Positions 18,449-34,335 of a stretch of 64,000 bases of DNA are shown here, in pieces. The notes under the pieces were generated by a model, which had not been told where the DNA came from, ran no database searches, and saw only the letters and a program-made list of their open reading frames with translations. Position 1 is the stretch's first letter; each line of letters begins with the position of its first letter. The translations under genes were made by a program, and so were the position numbers. The stretch is from Piscinibacter sp. (lineage in GTDB: Bacteria; Pseudomonadota; Gammaproteobacteria; Burkholderiales; Burkholderiaceae_C), in NCBI RefSeq assembly GCF_050175855.1, contig NZ_JBFXIO010000001.1, forward strand, positions 3,471 through 67,470, written 5' to 3'.

Positions 18449-19618
18449 TCAGATCGGGGTGTCCAGGTCGTGCACGACTAGTCCTTCCGTCGGCCCCACG
18501 GGAGCCGTCCAGGCCTGTTTCGCGAGGGTGCGTCGCGCATCGTTCAGGCCTGCCTGCCAGCGCTGTTGGATCCGTGGGACATTGAAGTCCATGTCCTTCG
18601 TGTGATCTTCGTCGGGCAAGCGGGGTGCGACCAGGCGCATCAAGTGCATGACGGTGCCGCAACCGTAACCGGCCATTTCGCGCACGTCGGACTGGGCCAG
18701 GGTTGAGGCCGGCAGCTGGCGTGTCAGCTCGCGCACGATGTGGCGCAACTGGTGGATCTGCGCCTGGCGCTGCACATGGCTGTCGACGCGGCTCGAGAAC
18801 TGGATGTCCTTCTGCCGCCCGCTCACCTGCCACATGGTCTGAGGCGCATCGCCTGCGCCTTGCCACAGCTGCACCGCAAAGACGAGCGAGTTGCGTCTCG
18901 GGTTGTCGTCGAACACGGCCTCGACCGGGGTGTTGGAGTAGATGCCGCCGTCCCAGAACAGGTCGTCGCCGATGCGCACCGCCGGAAAGGCCGGTGGTAG
19001 CGCGCCGGACGCCAGGATGTGGCGCAGGTCGAGTGGCTCGTCGCGGCTGTCGAAGTAACGCATCCGGCCCGACTTCACGTTCACCGCGCCCACCGTCAGA
19101 CGCGGCGCGCAGGCGGTCAGCAGCCCGCTGTCGACGAGGCCGGCCAGGGTGTCGCGCAGACGGGAGGTCTCGTAGTAGCCCGAGGTCTCCTCACCCAGCG
19201 CCAGGTGCGGGCTCAGCCATGCGCGGTGGTGCGGCGCGAAGAAGCCCGGCAGCCCATGGTTCATCGCACTCAGGGTCGTCCAGAACGTCGGCAGGCCCGG
19301 CAGGCCCGGCCACAGGGCAGGCAACCCCTTGTGGGCGACCTTGTCCCAGAAGGCGCGCAGCCGATCGAGCCGGCGGCCAGGCGCATTGCCCGCAATGAGC
19401 GCGGCGTTGATCGCGCCGATCGACGTGCCGATGACCCAGTCCGGCTCGACGCCGGCTTCGTGCAGGCCCTCGTAGACGCCGGCCTGGTACGCCCCCAGTG
19501 CGCCGCCGCCTTGAAGCACCAGGACCACCTGGCGATCGCCCGCCGGCTGGCATGCGTCGCCCGTGTTCGTGGCGCGTCGAGTGGCCGCGCCGGCGCTCTT
19601 GCGTTGTCGTGTGGCCAT
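18449..19618 (-). CDS. Patatin-like phospholipase/esterase (DUF3734-type C-terminus)
   Basis: LQGGGALGAYQAG, GTSIGA (GxSxG) and WDGG. Confidence 0.9.
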   Translation of the reverse strand: MATRQRKSAGAATRRATNTGDACQPAGDRQVVLVLQGGGALGAYQAGVYEGLHEAGVEPDWVIGTSIGAINAALIAGNAPGRRLDRLRAFWDKVAHKGLPALWPGLPGLPTFWTTLSAMNHGLPGFFAPHHRAWLSPHLALGEETSGYYETSRLRDTLAGLVDSGLLTACAPRLTVGAVNVKSGRMRYFDSRDEPLDLRHILASGALPPAFPAVRIGDDLFWDGGIYSNTPVEAVFDDNPRRNSLVFAVQLWQGAGDAPQTMWQVSGRQKDIQFSSRVDSHVQRQAQIHQLRHIVRELTRQLPASTLAQSDVREMAGYGCGTVMHLMRLVAPRLPDEDHTKDMDFNVPRIQQRWQAGLNDARRTLAKQAWTAPVGPTEGLVVHDLDTPI

Positions 19619-19629
19619 TTTCGTCGCTC

Positions 19630-20424
19630 CTACGTTGCCAGGTAATCGTGGATCACGCGGCCATAGGGCAGGGTGAGGTCGGCGATGAAGTGCAGGCCGC
19701 CGAGCATGCTGCGCACCGGCAGGTCGGCCACCGGGGCGTTGACGTGTGGCACGAGGTGCAGCCGGGCCGGGCCGGACCATGCGCCATGGACCTGAATGTC
19801 CGCCAACTCGTAGGCCACCAGCTGTGCGATCGCCGGCGTGCCGTCGACATGGGGGATGAGCTTGAGGTTGACCTGGGTCTTGCTCATCTTCTCGATGATC
19901 GATCCCGACGAGCAGGCCTTGCGTCCGTCGACGTCGTACAGCAGGTGCTGGTGCTTGTAGCCCATGGTGGCGATGGCCACCTGGATGCCGGCGTACTCCA
20001 GCACGCCGGTCAGCGTGTCGTGAACCACCGAGAGCTTCGGGTTGCCGTGCTTCTTCGGGAAGCCCCAGATCTCGCGGCCTCCGGCGATCGGCGGCTCGTC
20101 GTCGAGGTACATCTGGGCCGTGAAGTTCACAGGCTGCCCCTGGAACAGCGCCGGAATGACGACACCCGACTCGGTGTAGTCGCCGAAGCCGGCCGAATCG
20201 GGCATGCGGATGAATTCATACAGCACCTGGCCCGAGCCGTCGGGCTCCAGCGGGACGGGCAGAGCGGCGCGAATGGCCTCGGCGTCGCTCATGTAGGTGA
20301 CGATCAGGTATTCCCGCTGCAGGAAGCGGTAGGGGCCGCGCGGGTAGGACGGCGAGGCCATCGGCATCGACGGCAGGTCGAGCACGGACAGCGCACCGGC
20401 GGGGGTGTGGGGTGCGTTCATCAA
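19630..20424 (-). CDS. adc: Acetoacetate decarboxylase
   Basis: YPRGPYRFLQREY, GGREIWGFPKK catalytic Lys motif, DLTLPYG. Confidence 0.9.
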   Translation of the reverse strand: MMNAPHTPAGALSVLDLPSMPMASPSYPRGPYRFLQREYLIVTYMSDAEAIRAALPVPLEPDGSGQVLYEFIRMPDSAGFGDYTESGVVIPALFQGQPVNFTAQMYLDDEPPIAGGREIWGFPKKHGNPKLSVVHDTLTGVLEYAGIQVAIATMGYKHQHLLYDVDGRKACSSGSIIEKMSKTQVNLKLIPHVDGTPAIAQLVAYELADIQVHGAWSGPARLHLVPHVNAPVADLPVRSMLGGLHFIADLTLPYGRVIHDYLAT

Positions 20425-21206
20425 TGCGCCGTCCAGCCGCCGTCGATCGGCAGCACGGTGCCGGTGATCGACGCCGCCGCGTCACCGCAAAGGAAGGCGA
20501 CCAGTTGCGCCACCTCGTCGGTGGTGACGAAGCGCTTGGTGGGCTGCGCAGCCAGCAGCACGTCGCGCTTGACCTGCTCTTCGGTGATGCCGCGCGCCTT
20601 GGCCGTGTCGGGAATCTGCTTCTCCACCAGCGGCGTCAGCACGTAGCCCGGGCACACGGCATTGGCGGTGATGCCTTGCTCGGCCACCTCCAGCGCCACC
20701 GTCTTGGTGAACCCGGCGATGCCGTGCTTGGCCGCCACGTAGGCCGACTTGTACGGGCTGGCAACGAGCGCATGGGCCGAGGCGATGTTCACGATGCGGC
20801 CCCAGCGGTTGAACTTCATGTGGGGCAGGGCCAGCCGGGTAGTGTGGAAGGCCGCCGTGAGGTTGATGGCCAGAATGGCGTGCCACTTGTCCACCGGGAA
20901 TTCGTCCACTGGCGCCACATGCTGGATGCCGGCGTTGTTGACCAGCACGTCGATGCCGCCCCACTGCTGGGCTGCTCGGGCCAGCATGGTTTCGATGGCG
21001 TCCTGCCGGCCCATGTCGGCGCCGTCGTACAGCACCTTGACGCCATGCGTGTTCGCAAGACCTGCTCGAAGGTCCTCGATCGTCGCAGCGTCACCAAAGC
21101 CGTTGAGCATGATGTTCATGCCGGCGGAGGCCAGTTCGCTCGCGATGGCCAGGCCGATGCCGCTGGTCGAGCCGGTGACGAGGGCGCTTCTTCTTCGATG
21201 CTGCAT
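20421..21206 (-). CDS. bdhA: 3-hydroxybutyrate dehydrogenase (SDR)
   Basis: TGSTSGIG, NNAGIQHVAP, KSAYVAAKHG, PGYVLTPLV. Confidence 0.92.
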   Translation of the reverse strand: MQHRRRSALVTGSTSGIGLAIASELASAGMNIMLNGFGDAATIEDLRAGLANTHGVKVLYDGADMGRQDAIETMLARAAQQWGGIDVLVNNAGIQHVAPVDEFPVDKWHAILAINLTAAFHTTRLALPHMKFNRWGRIVNIASAHALVASPYKSAYVAAKHGIAGFTKTVALEVAEQGITANAVCPGYVLTPLVEKQIPDTAKARGITEEQVKRDVLLAAQPTKRFVTTDEVAQLVAFLCGDAAASITGTVLPIDGGWTAH

Positions 21207-21240
21207 GCGGTGCTCCTGCGGCGGGTGGTCCAAAAGGGGT

Positions 21241-21269
21241 TTGACGGTCGCGCAGCCGCTTTCATTACA
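21241..21269 (-). promoter_or_regulatory. ECF-type promoter TGTAAT-N17-CGTCAA
   Basis: Upstream of the bdh-adc-patatin operon. Confidence 0.68.
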
Positions 21270-21385
21270 GGTCCGTCCGGACCAGGGCCCTCAAGTGCTG
21301 CGCCCGGCCGCCGATAAAGCGCATGCCGGGGCGGTGCATGCGCTCGTCGGTCCCGTTACGGCTTGCGCTCGTCCAGCCCACCACC

Positions 21386-23542
21386 ATGTCATCGCTCTCA
21401 GCTCCGAAGCCGTCCTGGCGCTCGCCCCGCCTGGGCGTGCGGCTGGCGCTCGGATTCGGCGCGCTGGTGGCCTTCGTGGTTGTCGTCGTGATGCTCGCGG
21501 CGGCGCAGCTCACCACACTGGCGCGCCATGGCGAGCAGTTGGTCTCCGAGGACCTTCAGCGCATGCTGAAGGTGCAGGAGGTCGACCGCCACGTGCAGGG
21601 GCACGGCGTTGCGATGGCCCGGCTGCTGACGGCCGCGCGGTCGGAGCGCGAGCGCATCTATCCCATGGTCGATGCCGAGAACGCAGCGGTCGATGCCCTC
21701 ATCGCACAGCTGTCCAGCCACACCGGCGACGCCGAGACGCGAGCGCTGCTCGCCGATTTGGCATCGCTGCGCCGGCACTATGGCGACGTGTTCATCGACG
21801 TCGTCACCGAAATCGAGGCGGGCGACGTGGCCAAGGCCGGCCGCCTGTTCGATGGCGAGGGGCAACTCGCCATGCGCGCCGTGCTGAACGCTTCCGATGC
21901 CTTGTTGCGCCATGAGCAGACCGTGCTCGCGAGCCGGCAACAGCAGGTCCGGGAGCAGATCGAGGGTACCCAACGACGACTGGCGCTGCTGGCCTTGGCC
22001 GTGGTCGGCCTGTCGATCGTGCTGGCCTGGCGCACGACCATCAGTGTCACGCGCCCGCTCTCCCGCGTCGAACAGGCTGCGGACCGCATTGCAAGAGGTG
22101 ACTACAAGGCACGCGTGGCCGCGACCTCGGATGACGAGCTCGGGCGCGTGGCGCAAGCCATGAACGCGATGGCCGACGCCGTGGCCGCGCGCGAAGCGCA
22201 GCTCGAGGGCGTGGCCTACACCGACCGGCTCACCGGGCTGCCGAACCGGTCGATGCTGCGCAGACAGGTACGCGAGGGTGGCTGGGCGAGCGAGGGCTTC
22301 GCCGTCATCCTGATGGATGTGGCACGCCTGCGCACCGTCAACGAGGTGCTCGGATTCGAGACCGGCGACATGCTGCTGGTGGCCGTGGCGAAGCGCTTGC
22401 AGGCGGCCGTCGCTGCCGAGCCAGGCGCGAGCGGCCGGACCACGCTGGCACGCCTGCCCGGCGGTGTGTTTGCGGTGCTGTGTGAAGGCCGCGCCCGCGC
22501 CGCGATGGAAGCTGTGCGTGAACGACTCGACGCCCAGCTTGCGAAGGCGCTGGCATGCGACGGCCATGCGGTTGATGTCAATCTCGTGTTCGGGCTGGCG
22601 GAGGGGCAGCCTGCTGCTGGCGATGCCGAGGAGCGGGTCAGGGCACTGGACAGCGTGCTGCAAGGCGCGGAACTGGCCATCGCAGAGGCCAAGCGCCTGA
22701 AGCTGGCGTGGGCCTGGCACACGCCGACCGACGGCCATTCGCGCACGCGGCAGCTGAGCCTCTTGTCGGACCTCCGGCGCGCGGCGACCGAAGGGGAGCT
22801 CGAGATGTGGCTCCAGCCCAAGCAATGCCTGCGTCGCGGCCGCACGCTGGGCATGGAAGGCCTGGTGCGCTGGCGCCACCCGCAGCGCGGCTACATCTCG
22901 CCGGCCGAATTCATCCCATTCGCAGAGCGAACCGGCCACATCGGTGTCGTCACGACCGCCATGCTCGAGGCTGCGCTGGCCACCCTCGCCGGATGGTCGT
23001 CCCGCCATCCGGAGCTGAGCCTTGCAGTGAACGTGAGCGCGCTCGATGTGCGTGACCCCGGCTTCGTCTCCCAGGTGGAGCAGATGGCCCGGCGACACCG
23101 CGCGCCCCTATCCCGCTTGCGCTTGGAGATCACCGAGAGCAGTGTCATGGAGGACGCGGACCGTGTGCTGCCGGTGTTGCACGGGCTGCGGGCCCTGGGC
23201 GTGCAACTCTCCATCGACGACTTCGGCACCGGCTACTCGTCGCTGGCGTACCTGCAGCGCCTGCCCGTGAGCGAACTGAAGATCGATCGCAGCTTCGTCG
23301 CAGGGGCCGATCGGAGTGTGGAAGCCCGCGCGCTGCTCAGGACCATCATTGACCTGGGCCACAGCCTGAAGATGATCGTGACCGCCGAGGGCGTCGAGCG
23401 TACCGAGGAGCGGGACCTGCTGATCGAGCTGGGCTGCGATCAGGCGCAGGGTTATCTGATCTCGCGGCCGCTGGCGCCGGATGCCGCACGGCAATATATT
23501 GGAGCCGCCGCGGCAGAACCGAAAAGAGTTGCCGCGGCCTGA
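21386..23542 (+). CDS. Membrane sensor with four-helix-bundle, HAMP, degenerate GGDEF and EAL domains (c-di-GMP phosphodiesterase)
   Basis: Two TMs, HAMP (DELGRVAQAMNAM), DRLTGLPNR, RLPGGVF in place of GGDEF, MEGLVRW, LEITES, DDFGTGYSSL, AEGVE, QGY. Confidence 0.88.
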   Translation: MSSLSAPKPSWRSPRLGVRLALGFGALVAFVVVVVMLAAAQLTTLARHGEQLVSEDLQRMLKVQEVDRHVQGHGVAMARLLTAARSERERIYPMVDAENAAVDALIAQLSSHTGDAETRALLADLASLRRHYGDVFIDVVTEIEAGDVAKAGRLFDGEGQLAMRAVLNASDALLRHEQTVLASRQQQVREQIEGTQRRLALLALAVVGLSIVLAWRTTISVTRPLSRVEQAADRIARGDYKARVAATSDDELGRVAQAMNAMADAVAAREAQLEGVAYTDRLTGLPNRSMLRRQVREGGWASEGFAVILMDVARLRTVNEVLGFETGDMLLVAVAKRLQAAVAAEPGASGRTTLARLPGGVFAVLCEGRARAAMEAVRERLDAQLAKALACDGHAVDVNLVFGLAEGQPAAGDAEERVRALDSVLQGAELAIAEAKRLKLAWAWHTPTDGHSRTRQLSLLSDLRRAATEGELEMWLQPKQCLRRGRTLGMEGLVRWRHPQRGYISPAEFIPFAERTGHIGVVTTAMLEAALATLAGWSSRHPELSLAVNVSALDVRDPGFVSQVEQMARRHRAPLSRLRLEITESSVMEDADRVLPVLHGLRALGVQLSIDDFGTGYSSLAYLQRLPVSELKIDRSFVAGADRSVEARALLRTIIDLGHSLKMIVTAEGVERTEERDLLIELGCDQAQGYLISRPLAPDAARQYIGAAAAEPKRVAAA

Positions 23543-23560
23543 GCTCGCCGCGGCCGGCGC

Positions 23561-25992
<2,432 letters not shown>

Positions 25993-25996
<4 letters not shown>

Positions 25997-27645
25997 AACT
26001 CAAGACCTTCCTGATCGGCCTGATTGCGGCGGGTGTCCTTGGTGCTGCTGGCTACGGCCTGTACGCCACGGGCATGAACCGCGGCATGGGCATGGCCTCC
26101 TCGACGCCTGCACCGGCCGGCGGCGGCGATGCGGCAGTAGGCGCAAGCGCAACGAAGACTGTGCCGCAAAGCATCGCCCAGGGCGAAGACGCGACGCGCC
26201 GACACATCCTGTCCGGCATCAAGGCCGGCGATGTCGATCCAGCGACCGGCAAGAAGATCCTCTACTACCACGACCCCATGGTGCCGGGGAACAAGTTTGA
26301 CAAGCCGGCCAAGTCGCCGTTCATGGACATGATGCTGGTGCCCGTCTATGCCGACAGCGACGGCGGCGACGGCAGCAAGGTCACGGTCAGCCCGCGCGTC
26401 CAGCAGAACCTGGGTGTGCGCACCGCGGAGGTCACCGAAGGCACCCTGTCGACCCAGGTGTCCGCCGTCGGCAGCATCGCCTTTAACGAGCGCGATCAGG
26501 TCATCGTGCAGGCGCGCGCAACCGGCTACGTCGAGCGCCTGCATGTTCGTGCCACGCTCGACCGGGTATCAAAGGGGCAAGCGCTGGCCGAGCTCTATGT
26601 GCCGGACTGGATCGCTGCGCAGGAAGAGTTCCTGTCCGTTCGCCGCATGCAAGGCACCGACCTTGCGCCGCTCGTAGATGGAGCCCGCCAGCGCATGCGC
26701 CAGGTAGGCATGAGCGACGCGCAGATCGCGCTCGTCGACAGCAGCGGCCGCACGCAGCTGCGCATCGCGCTGGTGGCGCCGATCGGTGGCGTCGTCACCG
26801 AGCTGGTGGCGCGCGAAGGCATGACGGTGATGTCCGGAGCCACATTGTTCCGCATCAACGGTCTCGGCACGGTGTGGGCGAACGCCGAAGTGCCGGAGAG
26901 CCAATCGGCGTTGCTGCGCCCGGGTGCAAAGGTTCAAGCCATCAGCCCGGCCGTGCCAGGCAGGAAGTTCGACGGCAAGGTGCAAGCCATCCTGCCCGAG
27001 GTCAATGCGACCACACGCACCTTGAAGGCCCGCCTCGAACTCGCGAATCCCAGCGGCGCTTTGGTGCCCGGCATGTTCGTGCAGATGCAGTTCATGGACA
27101 TGCGCGACCAGAAGGCGCTGTTGGTGCCCACCGAAGCCATCATCCAGACCGGCAAGCGCACTGTGGCGATGCTGGCCGAAGACAACGGACGCTTCCGGCC
27201 GGTCGATGTCGAGATCGGCATCGAGAGCGGCGGGCAGACGGAAATCAAACGCGGCCTGCAACTCGGCCAGCGCGTGGTGGTGTCGTCGCAGTTCCTGATC
27301 GACTCTGAGGCGAGCCTCAAAGGCATCGAGGCGCGCCTGAACGTCGAGCCCAATCCGACAGCCGCGGACACGGCTCCCCGGCACACCGGTACCGCGAAGA
27401 TCGAAGCGATCGGCCGCGACACGATGACCTTGTCGCACGGCCCCATAGCGTCGCTGAAGTGGGGCGCGATGACGATGGAGTTCAAGCTGCCGAAGGGCGG
27501 TGTTCCGAGAGGCCTGGGGGCGGGAGATCGGATCGACTTCGAGTTCTACATGGACGCGGAGAGCCTGCCACAGCTCACCAGCACAAGCCTGCTGCCGCCG
27601 GAGCCGAAGGCTTCGAGCGTGGCAGCTTCGGGGAGCAAGCCATGA
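25993..27645 (+). CDS. cusB: CusB-type RND periplasmic adaptor with heavy-metal-binding motif and C-terminal CusF-like domain
   Basis: LYYHDPMVP...KSPFMDMML; [18 protein letters not shown]. Confidence 0.9.
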
Positions 27646-30600
27646 TCGCCAGGCTGATCCGCTGGTCGATCGCCAACCGCTTCCTGGTGCTGCTGGCCAC
27701 GCTGATGGTCAGCGCGTGGGGCGTGTACTCGGTGCTGCGCACGCCGCTCGACGCGCTGCCCGATCTTTCCGACGTGCAGGTGATCATCCGCACGACCTAT
27801 CCCGGCCAGGCGCCGCGCATCGTCGAAAACCAGATCACCTACCCGTTGACGACGACGATGCTGTCGGTGCCGGGGGCGAAGACGGTGCGTGGCTACTCGT
27901 TCTTCGGCGACTCGTTCGTCTACGTGCTGTTCGAGGACGGTACCGACATGTACTGGGCGCGCTCGCGGGTGCTGGAGTACCTGAACCAAGTGCAGTCGAA
28001 ATTGCCGCCCGGTGCGAAAGCTTCGCTGGGGCCGGATGCGACCGGAGTCGGTTGGATCTACCAGTATTCGCTGGTTGATCGCAGCGGCACGCAGGACGCG
28101 GGGCAGTTGCGTGCCTTGCAGGACTGGTTCCTGAAGTTCGAGCTGAAGACGGTTCCGAATGTGGCCGAGGTCGCCTCGGTGGGCGGCATGGTTCGCCAGT
28201 ATCAGATCCTGCTCGACCCGGACAAGCTGGCCGCCTATGGCATCCCACACGCCAGGGTGGTCGAGGCGATCCAGCGGTCGAACCAGGAAGCCGGCGGTTC
28301 GGTGCTCGAGTTGGGCGAGGCCGAATACGTGGTGCGCGCCTCGGGCTACCTCCAGTCGCTCGACGATTTTCGCAAGGTGCCGCTGGTCAGCACGGCGGCG
28401 GGCGTGTCGGTGCGCCTCGCAGACGTCGCGCGCATCCAGGTCGGGCCCGAGATGCGGCGTGGCATCGGGGAGCTCGACGGTGAAGGCGAGGCCACCGGCG
28501 GCGTGATCGTGATGCGCTCGGGCAAGAACGCTCTGGAGACGATCGCCGCGGTCAAGGAGAAGCTGAAGTCGTTGCAGTCCAGCCTGCCCAAGGGCGTCGA
28601 GATCGTGCCGGTCTACGACCGCTCCGGCCTGATCGAGCGCGCGGTGGAGAACCTCGGCCACAAGCTGCTCGAGGAATTCATCGTCGTCGCAGTGGTGTGC
28701 TTCATCTTCCTGTTCCACCTGCGCTCGGCCTTCGTCGCCATCGTCTCGCTGCCGCTGGGCATCCTGGCCGCGTTCATCGTGATGCACTACCAGGGCGTCA
28801 ACGCCAACATCATGTCGCTGGGCGGCATCGCCATCGCGATCGGTGCAATGGTCGACGCCGCGGTCGTGATGATCGAGAACGCGCACAAGCACCTGGAACG
28901 CTGGAGCCACGACCACCCGAACGAGAAGCTCGAAGGCGAAGCGCGCTGGCGGGTCATCGGCGACTCGGCGGCCGAGGTCGGGCCGGCGTTGTTCTTCTCG
29001 CTGCTGATCATCACGCTGTCGTTCATCCCGGTGTTCACGCTGGAGGCGCAGGAGGGGCGACTGTTCTCGCCGCTCGCCTTCACCAAGACCTATGCGATGG
29101 CCGCCGCGGCCGGGTTGTCCGCCACGCTGATCCCAGTGTTGATGGGCTACTTGATCCGCGGGCGCATTCCTGAAGAGAAGACCAACCCGCTCAATCGGCT
29201 GCTGATCGCGATCTACCGGCCGATGTTGAACGTGGTGCTTCGTGCGCCGAAGACGACGCTGGTGGTGGCCGCAGTGGCGCTGGTGCTGAGTCTGTGGCCG
29301 CTGCAACACATCGGTGGCGAGTTCATGCCACGACTCGACGAAGGTGACCTGCTCTACATGCCGTCCGCGCTGCCCGGGCTGTCGACCGGCAAGGCGGCGG
29401 AATTGCTGCAGCAGACCGACCGCCTGATCAAGACCGTGCCCGAAGTACTCAGGGTCTACGGCAAGGCAGGCCGCGCTGAGACCGCGACGGACCCGGCGCC
29501 GATGGAGATGTTCGAGACCACGATCCAGTTCAAGCCGAAGAGCCAGTGGCGGCCCGGCATGACGCAGGACAAGCTGGTCGACGAACTCGACCGCATCGTC
29601 AAGGTGCCGGGGGTGGCCAACATTTGGGTGCCGCCGATCCGCAACCGGATCGACATGCTCGCCACCGGCATCAAGAGCCCGGTGGGTGTGAAGGTGGCGG
29701 GCACCGACCTGGCCGTCATCGACCGGGTGACCGGCGAGATCGAGAAGGCGCTGAAGGACGTGCCAGGGGTCAGCAGCGCGCTGGCCGAGCGGCTGACGGG
29801 TGGTCGCTACGTGGATGTGACGATCAACCGCGACGCCGCCGCGCGCTTCGGCATGAACATCGCCGACGTGCAGTCGGTCATCACCTCGGCGGTGGGCGGC
29901 GACAACATCGGCGAGACGGTCGAAGGCTTGCAGCGCTTCCCGATCAACCTTCGCTACCCACGCGAGATTCGCGACTCACTGGAAAAGTTGCGCGTGCTGC
30001 CCATCGTCAGCGAGAAAGGTGCGCGGCTGGTGCTCTCGGATGTGGCCGACATCCGCATCACCGATGGGCCACCGATGCTGCGCAGCGAGAACGCACGGCT
30101 TTCCGGCTGGGTGTACGTGGATATCCGGGGCCGCGACCTTCGGTCGGCGGTCAAGGACATGCAGCGCGTGGTTGCCGAGAAGGTCGTCTTGCCGGCGGGC
30201 TATTCGATCTCGTGGTCCGGCCAGTTCGAGTTCCTCGAGCGTGCCACCGCGAAGCTGAAGGTGGTGGTGCCGTTCACGCTGCTGATCATCTTCGTGTTGC
30301 TGTACCTGACCTTCAAGCGTTTCGACGACGCGCTGCTGATCATGGCGACGCTTCCCTTTGCGCTGGTCGGGGGGATCTGGCTGCTGTACCTGCTCAGCTA
30401 CAACCTGTCGGTGGCCGGAGCTGTGGGCTTCATCGCGCTGGCCGGGGTCTCGGCAGAGTTCGGCGTGATCATGCTGCTGTACCTCAAGCAGGCCTGGGAC
30501 GCGCGCGTCGACGAGGGCAAGACCAGCACTGCCGACCTGCTCGACGCCATCCGCGAAGGTGCGGTGCTGCGCGTGCGCCCGAAGGCGATGACGGTGGCGG

Positions 30601-30812
30601 TGATCCTGGCGGGCCTGTTCCCAATCATGTGGGGCACCGGTACGGGCTCCGAGGTGATGCAGCGCATCGCGGCACCGATGGTGGGCGGCATGATTACCGC
30701 ACCGCTGCTGTCGATGTTCGTGATCCCGGCCGCCTATCTGCTGATGCGGCGCAAGCGTGAGCCCACGGCACGGCGCCTGGCGTTCTGGCCGAGGCAGCGT
30801 GCCGCGGCCTGA
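27642..30812 (+). CDS. cusA: CusA/SilA heavy-metal RND permease
   Basis: [60 protein letters not shown]. Confidence 0.95.
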   Translation: MIARLIRWSIANRFLVLLATLMVSAWGVYSVLRTPLDALPDLSDVQVIIRTTYPGQAPRIVENQITYPLTTTMLSVPGAKTVRGYSFFGDSFVYVLFEDGTDMYWARSRVLEYLNQVQSKLPPGAKASLGPDATGVGWIYQYSLVDRSGTQDAGQLRALQDWFLKFELKTVPNVAEVASVGGMVRQYQILLDPDKLAAYGIPHARVVEAIQRSNQEAGGSVLELGEAEYVVRASGYLQSLDDFRKVPLVSTAAGVSVRLADVARIQVGPEMRRGIGELDGEGEATGGVIVMRSGKNALETIAAVKEKLKSLQSSLPKGVEIVPVYDRSGLIERAVENLGHKLLEEFIVVAVVCFIFLFHLRSAFVAIVSLPLGILAAFIVMHYQGVNANIMSLGGIAIAIGAMVDAAVVMIENAHKHLERWSHDHPNEKLEGEARWRVIGDSAAEVGPALFFSLLIITLSFIPVFTLEAQEGRLFSPLAFTKTYAMAAAAGLSATLIPVLMGYLIRGRIPEEKTNPLNRLLIAIYRPMLNVVLRAPKTTLVVAAVALVLSLWPLQHIGGEFMPRLDEGDLLYMPSALPGLSTGKAAELLQQTDRLIKTVPEVLRVYGKAGRAETATDPAPMEMFETTIQFKPKSQWRPGMTQDKLVDELDRIVKVPGVANIWVPPIRNRIDMLATGIKSPVGVKVAGTDLAVIDRVTGEIEKALKDVPGVSSALAERLTGGRYVDVTINRDAAARFGMNIADVQSVITSAVGGDNIGETVEGLQRFPINLRYPREIRDSLEKLRVLPIVSEKGARLVLSDVADIRITDGPPMLRSENARLSGWVYVDIRGRDLRSAVKDMQRVVAEKVVLPAGYSISWSGQFEFLERATAKLKVVVPFTLLIIFVLLYLTFKRFDDALLIMATLPFALVGGIWLLYLLSYNLSVAGAVGFIALAGVSAEFGVIMLLYLKQAWDARVDEGKTSTADLLDAIREGAVLRVRPKAMTVAVILAGLFPIMWGTGTGSEVMQRIAAPMVGGMITAPLLSMFVIPAAYLLMRRKREPTARRLAFWPRQRAAA

Positions 30813-30883
30813 CCTATTCGGCCGCTGGCGCCTCGCCTTGCACGCGGCCGCGTTCCTGTGCGTGGCCCTCGTTCGTCATGGCC

Positions 30884-33035
<2,152 letters not shown>

Positions 33036-33064
33036 GGTGCTTCTCCAGGAATGGATCGGAAGGA

Positions 33065-33340
33065 TCAGCGCTTTAGGCTGGACGGATACCCGGCGTTCTC
33101 GGTGGCCTGGGTCAGCTTCTGCACGCTGGCCTTCGCGTCGTCGAAGGTCACGACGGCTTCGCGCTTGTCGAAGTTCACGTCGACCTTGTTCACGCCGGCG
33201 ACCTTGGCAATCGCCGTCTTGACGGTGATCGGGCAGGCCGCGCAGGTCATGCCAGGCACCGCCAGCGTGACGGTCTGGGGAGCGGCCCAGACAGGGGCGG
33301 TGATGGCGGCGAGGGCGATGGCGGCAAACAGCGTCTTCAT
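33065..33340 (-). CDS. merP: Periplasmic mercury-binding protein
   Basis: Signal peptide followed by VPGMTCAACPITVK. Confidence 0.95.
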   Translation of the reverse strand: MKTLFAAIALAAITAPVWAAPQTVTLAVPGMTCAACPITVKTAIAKVAGVNKVDVNFDKREAVVTFDDAKASVQKLTQATENAGYPSSLKR

Positions 33341-33353
33341 GGTGGACTCCTGA

Positions 33354-33704
33354 TCAGTAGAACAAGGGAAGGACGTAGGGAAACCCGAGCGCGACGAGCA
33401 CCAGTGCGGCGACGACCCAGAAGATGAGCTTGTAGGCGCCGCGCACCTGCGGGATGGCGCAGACCTCGCCGGGCTTGCAGTCCTGCGCGGGCCGATAGAT
33501 GCGGCGCCAGGCGAAGTACATCGCGACCAATGCAGCACCGATGAAGATCGGGCGGTACGTCTCCAGGACGGCGAGATTGCCGATCCAAGCGCCGCTGAAG
33601 CCCAACGCCACGAGCACCAGCGGACCCAGGCAACAGGTGGACGCCAGGATCGCCGCCAACCCGCCGGCGAAGAGCGCGCCGCGCCCGGTCTGCGATTCGT
33701 TCAT
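33354..33704 (-). CDS. merT: Mercury transporter MerT
   Basis: ASTCCLGPLVL, CKPGEVCAIP. Confidence 0.95.
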   Translation of the reverse strand: MNESQTGRGALFAGGLAAILASTCCLGPLVLVALGFSGAWIGNLAVLETYRPIFIGAALVAMYFAWRRIYRPAQDCKPGEVCAIPQVRGAYKLIFWVVAALVLVALGFPYVLPLFY

Positions 33705-33740
33705 ACAACTTCCTCGGTGTGATGGGGAGACGACGGTGTA

Positions 33741-33771
33741 AGCTTATTGCCGTACTCAGGTACGGAGTCAA
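33741..33771 (-). promoter_or_regulatory. merT promoter with MerR operator
   Basis: TTGACT, a 19-bp spacer containing the dyad CCGTAC-ctga-GTACGG, then TAAGCT; near-identical to the Tn21/Tn501-type mer operator/promoter. Confidence 0.92.
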
Positions 33772-33776
33772 GCACC

Positions 33777-34184
33777 ATGCCAACCGATCCGCCGGGCCTC
33801 ACAATCGGGGCCGTCGCCAAGGCCGCCGGGGTCAATGTGGAGACCGTCCGCTTCTACCAGCGCAGAGCGCTTCTGCCCGAGCCGGACCGGCCTTACGGCA
33901 GCATCCGGCGCTACGGGGCCAAGGACGTGGCGCGGGTGAAGTTCGTGAAGGCCGCGCAGCGTCTGGGATTCAGCCTCGACGAAGTGGCAGGACTGATGAC
34001 GCTGGACGATGGGGCCCACTGTGCCGAAGCGCGCCAGCTTGCCGAGGGCAAGCTCGCCGACGTGCGCGCCAAGCTGAAGGACCTGCGGCGCATCGAGTCA
34101 CTCTTGAACGGCCTGGTGCGCGAGTGCGGCTCGCGCCGCGGCCGGATCTCATGCCCGTTGATCGCCGCGCTGCAAAGTCCGTGA
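33777..34184 (+). CDS. merR: Hg(II)-responsive regulator
   Basis: [21 protein letters not shown]; Hg-binding Cys in AHCAEA, RECG and ISCPLI. Confidence 0.95.
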   Translation: MPTDPPGLTIGAVAKAAGVNVETVRFYQRRALLPEPDRPYGSIRRYGAKDVARVKFVKAAQRLGFSLDEVAGLMTLDDGAHCAEARQLAEGKLADVRAKLKDLRRIESLLNGLVRECGSRRGRISCPLIAALQSP

Positions 34185-34230
34185 TGCACGTCCGCCGGAC
34201 CTTGGGCGCAGGGGCCGGACACACAGCGTC

Positions 34231-34259
34231 TGTAAGAAAAGCGCGTCGGTCTGCGTCTG
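34231..34259 (+). promoter_or_regulatory. ECF-type promoter TGTAAG-N17-CGTCTG
   Basis: About 76 bp upstream of the 34336 gene. Confidence 0.68.
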
Positions 34260-34335
34260 GTCGACTTTCGGCCATTGAGATGGTGCACGTGATAGCACGA
34301 TGGACGACGGCAGCGCTGCACGAAGAAGGAGGCCC

